Shown here in pieces: positions 38,692 through 47,285 of a DNA stretch of 64,000 nucleotides. Source of the DNA: Smithellaceae bacterium (GTDB lineage Bacteria > Desulfobacterota > Syntrophia > Syntrophales > Smithellaceae). Under the pieces are notes generated by a model that searched no databases, was not told the DNA's origin, and was given only the letters and a program-made list of their open reading frames with translations. Numbering within the stretch: position 1 is the stretch's first letter; every line of letters begins with the position of its first letter. The stretch spans positions 672,001 through 736,000 of the forward strand of contig CAXXVL010000001.1 of assembly GCA_963667845.2 (NCBI GenBank), given 5' to 3'. A program made the translations under genes and the position numbers.

Positions 38692-39083
38692 GCCATATCC
38701 TTGGTCAGTTTCTTTATTGCGGTTGTGTTTTCGTCAATTTCCATGCGGGGGGCATCCCACAGATTTTCCAGACCATAAAAAGAACGGGCCGATTCCTGAA
38801 AAACGGAAATGACGATGTCGTCGTAATCCAGAAGAATCCATTCCGCATTTTCCTTTCCTTCCACGCCGAGTGGCCGGATATTCTCTTTTTTCAGATACTC
38901 CTGAACCGCCGAGGAAATGGCCTGGACCTGACGGTCGGTTGCTCCCGAGCATATCAGCAGGTAGTCCGTAAAGGATGATATCTTTTTAACATTCAAGACA
39001 ACAATTTGTTTTGCTTTTTTCTGCAGTACGGCATTGATGCATAAAAGCAGACGACGAGCCGATTCATTTTTTTTAACAGGCAA
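38688..39083 (-). CDS. rsfS: Ribosome silencing factor RsfS
   Basis: KKA..I.VL, RQV.AI, WILLDY.DI, RSFYGLENLW. Confidence 0.93.
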   Translation of the reverse strand: MPVKKNESARRLLLCINAVLQKKAKQIVVLNVKKISSFTDYLLICSGATDRQVQAISSAVQEYLKKENIRPLGVEGKENAEWILLDYDDIVISVFQESARSFYGLENLWDAPRMEIDENTTAIKKLTKDMA

Positions 39084-39402
39084 ATGAGCCTCCTTAGAAT
39101 AAGTGGATAGACTGTAGACTGTTGGGCTGTTGGTTTGTTTGGTGCGCCTACGGCGTTTTATATTTCTGAATGATGGCGCACTTAGCGCCTTTCATTCCCA
39201 CCTAATAGTCTACAGTTTCGCGTCCCCTAGAGGGGAAATAACCTACAGTCTTTTTTCCTTTTATGTCACAAATACCTAAACTTGACAATACGTCTTTTGG
39301 CGCCGTTCTTGCCATCGGGCTTGCATTTCTTCATTCGGGTTGTTAAAAAAAAATGACTATGGTAAATCAACGATCCTTATTCACTTTTAAGGATTTAAAA
39401 AA

Positions 39403-40206
39403 ATGCAGGATATTCTGAGAAGCGTTCACGCCCATATGCCTTATCAGCTTCTGCCCCGGTATCTGCCGATGATCCTGGAGAAGAAGCTCAATCTGGAAAT
39501 CTATTTCAGCCACTATGCACTGGAATCGTTGAACCGCAGCGAATGTGCCGAGATTGCAGCCAGGCTCAGGGCCGCCGGATTAAGAGTAACTTTTCACAGT
39601 CCCTTTATGGATCTCAGACCCGGCGCGCTCGACGACCGGATCCGCCAAGCGAGTCTGGATCGGATCAGACAGGCCTTCGACCTCATTCCTTATTTCCGTC
39701 CGCTGAAAATTGTCTGCCACCCTTCGTTTGACGACCGCTACTATGTGAACTGCGATGATCTGTGGCTGGAAAACAGCGTCAATTCCTGGCGTCAGCTTAT
39801 CGGGGCGGCAAAAGAGGGAGGGACCATTATTGCTTTCGAAAACGTTTATGAAAAAGAGCCGCGCATTTTGCGGCGCCTGCTGGAGATGCTTGCCTCGGAT
39901 CAGATCTGTTTTTGTTTCGATGCGGGGCATTTCAACGTCTTTGCCCGCACGCCTTTAGAAACCTGGATGGATGAACTGGGCCGGTATATCGGCCATCTGC
40001 ATCTTCATGATAATTTCGGCAAATTTGATGAGCATTTGCCGGTAGGTGCGGCGACATTTCCCTTCGATCAGCTTTTCAGGGCGCTCAAGGGCCTGAACCT
40101 CAGACCGACAATAACCCTCGAAGCGCATGCGCCGGAACATCTGTGGCAGTCGGCGGCCAATTTGCAGAATATGCTGCTCAAGAATGATTGGAATTTAACA
40201 GAGTAA
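39403..40206 (+). CDS. Xylose isomerase-like TIM barrel (AP endonuclease 2 / sugar-phosphate isomerase family)
   Basis: HSPFMDL, ENVYE, CFDAGH, HLHLHDN..DEHLP, TLEAH metal-ligand motifs. Confidence 0.88.
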   Translation: MQDILRSVHAHMPYQLLPRYLPMILEKKLNLEIYFSHYALESLNRSECAEIAARLRAAGLRVTFHSPFMDLRPGALDDRIRQASLDRIRQAFDLIPYFRPLKIVCHPSFDDRYYVNCDDLWLENSVNSWRQLIGAAKEGGTIIAFENVYEKEPRILRRLLEMLASDQICFCFDAGHFNVFARTPLETWMDELGRYIGHLHLHDNFGKFDEHLPVGAATFPFDQLFRALKGLNLRPTITLEAHAPEHLWQSAANLQNMLLKNDWNLTE

Positions 40207-40227
40207 ACGCCTGACGCGGAGGCCAGG

Positions 40228-41202
40228 GTGCTTAAGTATCTGATCAAGAGAATTCTTTTTATGATCCCGCTCACTGCCGGCATCACGGTGATTTGCTTTT
40301 TCGTGATGCATCTGGCTCCCGGGTCGCCGACGGATTTGCAGACGCAGATGAACCCGAAGGCGTCGGCGGAAATGAAAGAGCGCCTGATGAGCCTGTATGA
40401 GCTGGATAAGCCAATTCACGTCCAATACTGGTCGTGGCTCAAGAAGCTCGGCCGCGGCGATTTGGGCACGTCCTTTTCGTCCGACCACCGGCCGGTTTCC
40501 GACAAGATTCTGGAGCGTCTGCCGATCACCATTGTCATTAATTTTTTGTCCCTGATCATTATTATTGCGGTGGCGGTGCCGATCGGCGTTCTGTCGGCCG
40601 TCCATCAGGATTCGCTCTTCGATAAAGTGACCGCGGTGCTCGTCTTTATCGGCTTTGCCGTGCCGACCTTCTGGCTGGCGTTGCTCATGATGATTTTTTT
40701 CGGGATAAACCTGGGGTGGCTGCCCATTTCGGGGCTGCGGTCTCTCAATTACGAGTACCTGAGCGCGGGAGGTCAGCTCCTGGATCTGGCCAAACATCTG
40801 ATCCTGCCGGTTTTCATCTCCGCCTTTGGCGGACTGGCCGGACTGTCCCGTTACATGCGGGCCAACATGCTGGAGGTGATCCGTCAGGATTACATCCTTA
40901 CGGCCCGGGCCAAGGGACTAAGTGAACGGCAGGTCATCTATAAGCACGCCCTGCGCAACGCCCTTCTGCCGGCCATCACCATTCTGGGGCTGTCCATTCC
41001 CGGACTGATCGGTGGAAGTGTCATTTTTGAAACCATTTTTGCAATTCCGGGCATGGGGCAGTTATTTTACATGTCAGTTATGGCCCGGGATTATCCCACG
41101 GTCATGGGAATACTCCTGATCGGCGCGATATTGACGCTCGCGGGAAATTTGATTGCCGATCTGTCGTATGCGCTGGCGGACCCGCGCATTAGAATTTCTT
41201 AA
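40228..41202 (+). CDS. Peptide/nickel ABC transporter permease (OppB/DppB)
   Basis: [43 protein letters not shown]. Confidence 0.93.
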   Translation: MLKYLIKRILFMIPLTAGITVICFFVMHLAPGSPTDLQTQMNPKASAEMKERLMSLYELDKPIHVQYWSWLKKLGRGDLGTSFSSDHRPVSDKILERLPITIVINFLSLIIIIAVAVPIGVLSAVHQDSLFDKVTAVLVFIGFAVPTFWLALLMMIFFGINLGWLPISGLRSLNYEYLSAGGQLLDLAKHLILPVFISAFGGLAGLSRYMRANMLEVIRQDYILTARAKGLSERQVIYKHALRNALLPAITILGLSIPGLIGGSVIFETIFAIPGMGQLFYMSVMARDYPTVMGILLIGAILTLAGNLIADLSYALADPRIRIS

Positions 41203-41402
41203 GGGCATTGTGAAAAAGCCCCATACCCTGACCACCTGAAGGTGGCGCGAGGGCACGCGTCTGCGTTGTTGCGCGGCGACACTCGTCGTTGCGGCGTATA
41301 ACCTAAAGGTTACACGTGACAAAAATACGCCTCACTCCTCGATGCCTTGCGCGCCTAGCATCTGGAGCTCGCCTGCCCTTCAGGGTATTTTGACGAAGCC
41401 CT
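41202..41402. mobile_element. MITE-like palindromic element between the two permease genes
   Basis: Imperfect 15-bp terminal IR AGGGCATTGTGAAAA/TTTTGACGAAGCCCT; internal IRs ATACCCTGA/TCAGGGTAT and GGCGTAT/ATACGCC; no transposase ORF. Confidence 0.65.
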
Positions 41403-41449
41403 GATAAAAGGAAGAAATGCTTTAAGAAAACAAAATTTATGGAATCAAG

Positions 41450-42277
41450 ATGACGTTCTGGGAAATGTTTTATAAAAATAAACTCGCGATGACCGGCTGC
41501 GGCATTGTCATCTTACTGTTTGTTGTGTCCCTTCTGGCTCCCGTGATTGCGCCGTATGACCCCGGGGCGATCGATCTTAAAAATGTCCTGGCACCGCCGT
41601 CGGGAGGCCACTGGTTCGGCACGGATCAACTCGGCCGCGACGTTCTCTCCCGGATGATCTGGGGGGCGCGTATTTCTTTGAAAGTCGGATTCGTTGCCAC
41701 AGGCCTCGCAATTCTTATCGGGATAGTTCTGGGAGCCGTCGCCGGTTATTACGGCGGCTGGATTGATGCCGTCATTATGCGCTTTGTGGATATCATGCTC
41801 TGCTTTCCCGCCTTCTTTCTGATTTTGGCCGTTATTGCTTTCCTGGAACCTTCCATCTGGAATATTATGATCGTGATCGGCCTTACCGGCTGGATGGGAG
41901 TGACGCGCCTGGTGCGTGCGGATTTCATTTCGCTTCGGGAACGGGACTTTGTGACGGCGGCCCGGTCGATAGGCGCCAATGATGCACGGATTATCTTTAT
42001 GCATATCCTGCCCAATGCGCTCGCATCCATCCTGGTTTCGGCCACCCTGGGGATCGCCGGCGCGATTCTGACGGAATCGGCGCTGAGTTTTCTGGGCATC
42101 GGGGTGCAGCCGCCGACGCCGAGCTGGGGGAATATTTTGACGGCGGGCAAGGATAATATTGATATCGCCTGGTGGCTGTCCTTTTATCCGGGACTCGCGA
42201 TTCTGATAACGGTCGTCGGTTATAATTTGCTGGGCGAGGGGATACGCGACGCATCCGATCCTCGTCTGAAACGATGA
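41450..42277 (+). CDS. Peptide/nickel ABC transporter permease (OppC/DppC)
   Basis: HWFGTDQLGRDV, GARISL, HILPN, LSFLGIGVQPPTPSWG, NLLGEG.RD..DP. Confidence 0.93.
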   Translation: MTFWEMFYKNKLAMTGCGIVILLFVVSLLAPVIAPYDPGAIDLKNVLAPPSGGHWFGTDQLGRDVLSRMIWGARISLKVGFVATGLAILIGIVLGAVAGYYGGWIDAVIMRFVDIMLCFPAFFLILAVIAFLEPSIWNIMIVIGLTGWMGVTRLVRADFISLRERDFVTAARSIGANDARIIFMHILPNALASILVSATLGIAGAILTESALSFLGIGVQPPTPSWGNILTAGKDNIDIAWWLSFYPGLAILITVVGYNLLGEGIRDASDPRLKR

Positions 42278-42602
42278 CGGTTTGAGCGAGTCGATCGCCG
42301 GACATACTTTCCCAGTTTCAAGCCTTTCCTAACGACCGGATTGATCTCCTGCACCCGTGCGATCGCAGCTTCGGCATTTGCCGGCCCGTTCATTTTCCGG
42401 CAAACATCGGAGATACGCATTGAATCGGGGGCGGGATAAAAGAAATCAGTCCGTCAAAGATTTTAAAAACAAGGAATTCCGTGCCGGGATTTATGAAAAG
42501 ATTCTTGGGACTTGATTATGTCGGCAAAATATAATACTAGTCCGCCACGGTAAAAAATGATCATAAAAGATATTATGGGTTGCATTTTAAGAGGAGGTTT
42601 TA

Positions 42603-42770
42603 ATGTCCAAGAAAATCAATGCTGAATTACTGAAGATCGACCGCCGAATCATCTCCCGCAAGTTGCTGATCGGTGAATTATCAGAGAAGGAATTAGCAAT
42701 CCTTTTAAAAAAACTGCCCGACGTGGCGGATAATGCCGAAGAAACGACTCCGCTGGCGAACGACAAGTAG
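42603..42770 (+). CDS. Small hypothetical protein (55 aa), below the ORF-track cutoff
   Basis: GAGGAGG RBS; MSKKINAELLKIDRRIISRKLLIGELSEKELAILLKKLPDVADNAEETTPLANDK; stop 2 nt before the tatD ATG. Confidence 0.75.
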   Translation: MSKKINAELLKIDRRIISRKLLIGELSEKELAILLKKLPDVADNAEETTPLANDK

Positions 42771-42772
42771 TT

Positions 42773-43546
42773 ATGCTGATTGACTCCCATGCCCACCTGG
42801 AAATGAAAGAATTCGATTCCGACCGCAGGGAGGTGATGGAGCGGGCCAGACTTGCGGGTGTTGACTGTATCATCACGGTAGGAACGAGTCTGGGATTGAG
42901 CCGCAAGGCATTAACGATTGCCCGTCAATATGAAAACGTTTATGCAACAGTCGGTGTTCATCCTCATGACGTCGCCGGGGCCACCGACAAGATGCTCGAT
43001 GAGCTCAAAGATCTGGCAAGTGATCCGAAAGTTGTCGCCTACGGCGAAATCGGTCTGGATTACTTCCGCAATATCTCACCTCAGGAAAAGCAAATCGCGA
43101 TGTTTGCCAGACAGCTCGAATTGGCCGGGGAATTGAAACTGCCGGTGATTATCCATGATCGTGACGCTCATGACCAGACGCTTGCGATGGTGAAATCTTC
43201 AGGCATCCGCTCCGGAGTTTTTCATTGTTTTTCGGGCGACTGGGCCATGGCCCGGCAATGCATCGATTTAGGGTTTTACATTTCCGTGCCCGGCGTTGTG
43301 ACCTTTGAAAAGTCAAAAGTACTGCAGGAGGTGGTGAAGCAGGCACCGCTTGATTCCATCCTTTTGGAAACAGACTGCCCCTATCTTACGCCCGTTCCCC
43401 ATCGCGGCAAAAGAAATGAACCGGCTTTCATTATTCACACGGCGAAGAAAGTGGGCGAAATCAGGTCAATGGCCTGGGAAGATGTGGCCGAGAGGGCGGC
43501 CGTGAATACCCGGAATCTTTTCCGCATGGATATTGCTTCCAAGTAG
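42773..43546 (+). CDS. tatD: TatD family nuclease
   Basis: IDSHAHL, GVHPH, GEIGLDY, IIHDRDA, HCFSG, LETDCPYL.P. Confidence 0.95.
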   Translation: MLIDSHAHLEMKEFDSDRREVMERARLAGVDCIITVGTSLGLSRKALTIARQYENVYATVGVHPHDVAGATDKMLDELKDLASDPKVVAYGEIGLDYFRNISPQEKQIAMFARQLELAGELKLPVIIHDRDAHDQTLAMVKSSGIRSGVFHCFSGDWAMARQCIDLGFYISVPGVVTFEKSKVLQEVVKQAPLDSILLETDCPYLTPVPHRGKRNEPAFIIHTAKKVGEIRSMAWEDVAERAAVNTRNLFRMDIASK

Positions 43547-43586
43547 CCCGGGTGCTATCTGACAAAATTTGACAAGTGTTCCGACC

Positions 43587-44297
43587 ATGACGCAATCATT
43601 TAATTCATCGAAGAAAAAAGCTGTTGTTTTACTCTCCGGCGGTGTTGATTCCGCCACCACCCTGGCGATTGCCCGCAAGATGGGGTTTGATCTGTGCGCC
43701 TTGAGCTTCCGGTACGGCCAGCGGCATGCCGTGGAACTCACCGCGGCGGCGCGCATCGCGCACGCAAACGACGTCAGCAGGCATCTGACTGTAGATATCG
43801 ATCTCAGACGCATTGGAGGATCAGCGTTAACCAGCGATCTGGCTGTTCCCAAGAGCCGCAGCGTGGACGACATGGCAAAAGACATCCCGATCACTTATGT
43901 ACCGGCGCGCAATACCATTTTTCTTTCCTATGCCCTGGCCTGGGCGGAGGTGATTGAATCATCCGATATTTTTATCGGCGTGAACGCTCTGGACTACAGC
44001 GGTTATCCGGACTGCCGCCCCGAGTACATCGAGGCATACGAGCGTATGGCCAATCTGGCGACCAAAGCCGGTGTTGAAAAAAAACAAAAGTTAGCCATTC
44101 ATGTGCCGCTGATCGCGCTCAGCAAGGCGCAGATCATCCGCAAGGGGATGGAACTGGGCGTCGATTATTCCCTGACGCACAGCTGCTATGATCCGGAAGA
44201 AGACGGCGCCGCCTGCGGACATTGCGATTCCTGCCTGCTCAGACTCAAAGGCTTCGCCGAAGCCGGGATCAAAGATCCGGGAAGATATAAAAAATAA
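43587..44297 (+). CDS. queC: 7-cyano-7-deazaguanine synthase
   Basis: LSGGVDS, YGQRH, TYVPARN, YPDCRPE, SCY..CG.CDSC..R; exact start uncertain. Confidence 0.96.
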   Translation: MTQSFNSSKKKAVVLLSGGVDSATTLAIARKMGFDLCALSFRYGQRHAVELTAAARIAHANDVSRHLTVDIDLRRIGGSALTSDLAVPKSRSVDDMAKDIPITYVPARNTIFLSYALAWAEVIESSDIFIGVNALDYSGYPDCRPEYIEAYERMANLATKAGVEKKQKLAIHVPLIALSKAQIIRKGMELGVDYSLTHSCYDPEEDGAACGHCDSCLLRLKGFAEAGIKDPGRYKK

Positions 44298-44344
44298 GGT
44301 CCAAGGTTCAAGGTGCAAGGTGCAAGGTGCAAGGTGCAAGGTTA
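44296..44344 (+). repeat. Heptanucleotide tandem repeat (AAGGTNC-like) x7
   Basis: aaggtcc aaggttc aaggtgc aaggtgc aaggtgc aaggtgc aaggtta fills the queC-queE gap. Confidence 0.92.
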
Positions 44345-44349
44345 AGAGG

Positions 44350-44979
44350 ATGTATTCCGTTAAGGAAATATTTTACTCGATTCAGGGAGAGGGCTATTAT
44401 AGCGGCCGGCCGGCCGTTTTTTGCCGTTTTTCCGGCTGCAACCTGTGGTCGGGAAAAGAAGAAGATCGGGATCAGGCACTCTGCAAATTCTGCGATACGG
44501 ACTTTGTCGGAACGGGCGGCACCGAAGGCGGCGTATATGAAACGGCCGGACATCTTGCTGAGACCCTTGCCCGGTTCTGGCCTCGCGCCAAAGGAAGCCG
44601 CTTTGCCGTTTGCACCGGAGGAGAACCTCTGCTGCAGGTGGATGCGGCGCTAATCTCCGCACTGCACGCCGAGGGATTTGCCGTTGCAGTGGAGACCAAC
44701 GGGACCATTCCCGCGACTGCCGGTATAGACTGGATCTGCGTCAGTCCCAAGGCTGGTGTAAAGCTTGTGCAGACCGGCGGAGATGAGTTAAAGCTTGTTT
44801 ATCCGCAGGCAGGGGCCGAGCCGGAGCATTATGCCAAGTTGAATTTCCGGCATTTTTTTCTGCAGCCGATGGACGGTGCTGAGAGGGAAGATGCTATCAG
44901 GCAGGCTTTAAAGTATGCTCTGGCGCATCCGCAGTGGCGAATCAGTTTGCAGTTGCATAAAATATTAGGCGTTCGGTAA
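44350..44979 (+). CDS. queE: 7-carboxy-7-deazaguanine synthase (radical SAM, CX14CX2C type)
   Basis: EIFYSIQGEG, GCNLWSG..CKFCDTDF, TGGEP, ETNGT, SLQLHK. Confidence 0.95.
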   Translation: MYSVKEIFYSIQGEGYYSGRPAVFCRFSGCNLWSGKEEDRDQALCKFCDTDFVGTGGTEGGVYETAGHLAETLARFWPRAKGSRFAVCTGGEPLLQVDAALISALHAEGFAVAVETNGTIPATAGIDWICVSPKAGVKLVQTGGDELKLVYPQAGAEPEHYAKLNFRHFFLQPMDGAEREDAIRQALKYALAHPQWRISLQLHKILGVR

Positions 44980-44988
44980 GGAATAAAA

Positions 44989-45348
44989 ATGGAAATTTAT
45001 AAAGTATTCAAATTCGATGCGGCGCATTACCTGCCCCTGGTTCCTCCCGGCCACAAGTGCGCAAGGATGCATGGCCATTCTTTTCGTGTCGAGATCCATA
45101 TCCGGGGCAAGGCCGATCCCCGCACCGGCTGGGTGATGGATTTTTCCGATATCGCTGCAGCATTTGATCCGATTCTGAATCAATTGGATCATAAGAATTT
45201 GAACGTCATTGCCGGTCTGGAAAATCCCACTTCCGAAAACTTATGCCGGTGGATCTGGCAGCGTCTTCAGCCCGCACTTCCGCAGTTGAGCAAAATTATC
45301 GTTCAGGAGAGCCCTGAATCCGGATGTATTTACGAGGGGGAAGACTGA
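44989..45348 (+). CDS. queD: 6-carboxytetrahydropterin synthase
   Basis: FDAAH, HKCARMHGHS, GWVMDF, LDH..LN, NPTSEN. Confidence 0.96.
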   Translation: MEIYKVFKFDAAHYLPLVPPGHKCARMHGHSFRVEIHIRGKADPRTGWVMDFSDIAAAFDPILNQLDHKNLNVIAGLENPTSENLCRWIWQRLQPALPQLSKIIVQESPESGCIYEGED

Positions 45349-45480
45349 TTTCCATTTCCGAAGGCGAGGCGATGCGTAGAGCCACCGCCGGCTTTCCGGA
45401 ACTATTTGTTGTGCATGTCCGGGCTCGTCAAATTCCTTATCACAGAGTCGCAAGAACAGCGGGGACGCCTGCATCTTCAA

Positions 45481-45580
45481 TCAACCACCTCGAAGCAAGC
45501 TGTCGAGGTATGAAATGAACGTCATTATATCGCAGCAAGCTATGGAGATTTAACGCTCGTTCCGCTTAAGCGGGATTAAA
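45481..45580 (+). repeat. ~100-bp dispersed repeat, copy 3
   Basis: Closely similar to the copies at 22485 and 29855. Confidence 0.85.
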
Positions 45581-45616
45581 AAAATTGCTTTTTGTAACTT
45601 AATGTATTAATTTTCA

Positions 45617-45712
45617 ATCATGGGGTGCCGCTCATCTCGGCTTCTGGAAGAGATGAACGGCTGAGATTATACCCTTTGAACCTGACCCGGGTAATGCTGG
45701 CGTAGGGAGTGG
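45617..45712 (+). promoter_or_regulatory. TPP riboswitch aptamer
   Basis: GGGGTGC..GGCTGAGA..ACCCTTTGAACCTGA.CCGGGTAATGCTGGCGTAGGGA consensus upstream of thi genes. Confidence 0.95.
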
Positions 45713-45732
45713 CGATCAGAAAAAACGAATTT

Positions 45733-45770
45733 AAGCCATATCCTTTTCAGGTGAAAGGGTATGGCTTTTT
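45733..45770 (+). terminator. Riboswitch expression-platform terminator
   Basis: AAGCCATATCCTTT-tcaggtg-AAAGGGTATGGCTT plus T-run between the aptamer and thiN. Confidence 0.85.
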
Positions 45771-45794
45771 AAATCTGGGGACTATGGCTTTCCG

Positions 45795-46466
45795 ATGAAC
45801 CAAAACATTGTCATCATCAGCGGCGGACGCTTGGGGAATGTGGATTTTTTCCGGGCGAATGTGGCAAAAATTGACAATCGCCTGCTGATCGCCTGTGACG
45901 GCGGTGCGCGGCATCTGCCTGGGTCGGGTCTGATACCGGATGTGCTGCTGGGCGATATGGATTCCGTTAACCCCGAGCAACTGGCGGATTACGAAAAAGC
46001 AGGCGTCAAGGTGATCCGATATCCGGTCAACAAAGATTTTACGGATACGGCCCTGGCGCTGGATTATGCACTTTCTTTGAAGCCCCGGGGGATCGATATC
46101 TGGGGAACCCAGGGCGGCCGGATCGACCACGCCCTGGCCAATCTGTTTCTACTCATCAAGACCAAGGAAGCGGGAATTCCGACCCGTCTGATGGATGAAT
46201 ACTGCGAAGCCTTTGTTCCGATCGGTGACGTCATCTTCACCGATGCTTCGGGCTGCCTGGTTTCGCTCATAGCGCTCAGCCCCGAAGTCGAGGGTATAAC
46301 GCTCGCCGGGTTTCTCTATCCGCTTAGCGATGGGACTCTTACCATGTCCGAATCGCGGGGTGTGAGCAACATCATTGCGGGCGATCGGGCCCGCATTCAC
46401 ATCCGGTCGGGAAATCTCCTGGTGATCCGCTACCGGCAAAAAGATTTTTTTCCGGAGGTGACTTAA
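45795..46466 (+). CDS. thiN: Thiamine pyrophosphokinase
   Basis: IACDGG, GDMDS, KDFTDT.LAL, GGRIDH.LAN, GFLYPL, GVSN. Confidence 0.93.
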   Translation: MNQNIVIISGGRLGNVDFFRANVAKIDNRLLIACDGGARHLPGSGLIPDVLLGDMDSVNPEQLADYEKAGVKVIRYPVNKDFTDTALALDYALSLKPRGIDIWGTQGGRIDHALANLFLLIKTKEAGIPTRLMDEYCEAFVPIGDVIFTDASGCLVSLIALSPEVEGITLAGFLYPLSDGTLTMSESRGVSNIIAGDRARIHIRSGNLLVIRYRQKDFFPEVT

Positions 46467-47261
46467 ATGAAGAAGCCGGTCACCATCTTGTGCATCGGAG
46501 GGTCGGATTCCGGCGGCGGGGCGGGAATTCAGGCGGATCTGAAAGCGGTGAGCGCAAGCGGCTGCTACGCCCTGACGGTGATTACGGCCCTGACGGCTCA
46601 GAATACCCGGGGAGTCTGCGATATTTCCCCGGTGTCGAAGAAATTTATCACGGCGCAGCTCGATGCGGTTCTGAGCGATATCGGTGCGGACGCCGTTAAG
46701 ACCGGCATGCTTCTGACGGCGGGCGCAGTTGAGGCTGTTGTCAGGGCCATCGGTCAATACTCACTGAGAAATGTGGTTGTGGATCCGGTCATGACCGCGA
46801 AAGGGGGCCGCTCGATGATGCAGGAAAAAGCGCAGAGGGCCCTGGTGGAAAAGTTGCTGCCGCTGGCACACGTTGTCACTCCGAATATTCCGGAAGCCCA
46901 AGCGCTTGCCCGGGTAAAGATCCGGTCTGTCGACGACATGAAAAGAGCGGCCGCCGTCATTCGGGAGTCCGGGGTGAAAAATGTCGTGATTAAAGGCGGA
47001 CATTTACCGGGCCGCCGTAAATCGGTCAGTACCGATATCCTTTACGATGGAGAAACGTATTACGAATTTACGGCCGACTGGATCGAAACAAAAAACACGC
47101 ACGGCACCGGCTGCACCTATGCGTCCGTCCTGGCTGCATCTGTCGGTCGGGGCAAAAGCGTTGTGAATGCGGCCAAAGAGGCCAAAAGGCTGGTGACACG
47201 GGCAATCAAACATTCCCTGGATCTGGGGGAAGGGCATGGACCGGTGAATATCGCCGGATAA
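46467..47261 (+). CDS. thiD: Hydroxymethylpyrimidine/phosphomethylpyrimidine kinase
   Basis: GSDSGGGAGIQADLK, TAQNT, KTGML, VDPVM, TPNIPEA, KGGH, HGTGCT. Confidence 0.96.
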   Translation: MKKPVTILCIGGSDSGGGAGIQADLKAVSASGCYALTVITALTAQNTRGVCDISPVSKKFITAQLDAVLSDIGADAVKTGMLLTAGAVEAVVRAIGQYSLRNVVVDPVMTAKGGRSMMQEKAQRALVEKLLPLAHVVTPNIPEAQALARVKIRSVDDMKRAAAVIRESGVKNVVIKGGHLPGRRKSVSTDILYDGETYYEFTADWIETKNTHGTGCTYASVLAASVGRGKSVVNAAKEAKRLVTRAIKHSLDLGEGHGPVNIAG

Positions 47262-47285
47262 AGGATGAAGATTTTGGAGGAGAAT

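Noticed and set aside
42220..42420. 66-aa minus-strand ORF with EAAIARVQEINP (amidase-like words)
   Set aside because: The match is too short, it overlaps the oppC end and it lacks a clear RBS.
43587..45348. queCED as part of a dpd 7-deazaguanine DNA-modification island
   Set aside because: No dpdA/tgt paralog or other dpd genes are present; queH in the window supports ordinary tRNA queuosine synthesis.
45349..45478. Possible preQ1 riboswitch or structured RNA after queD
   Set aside because: It is downstream of the que genes, lacks the preQ1 consensus and shows only weak pairing.
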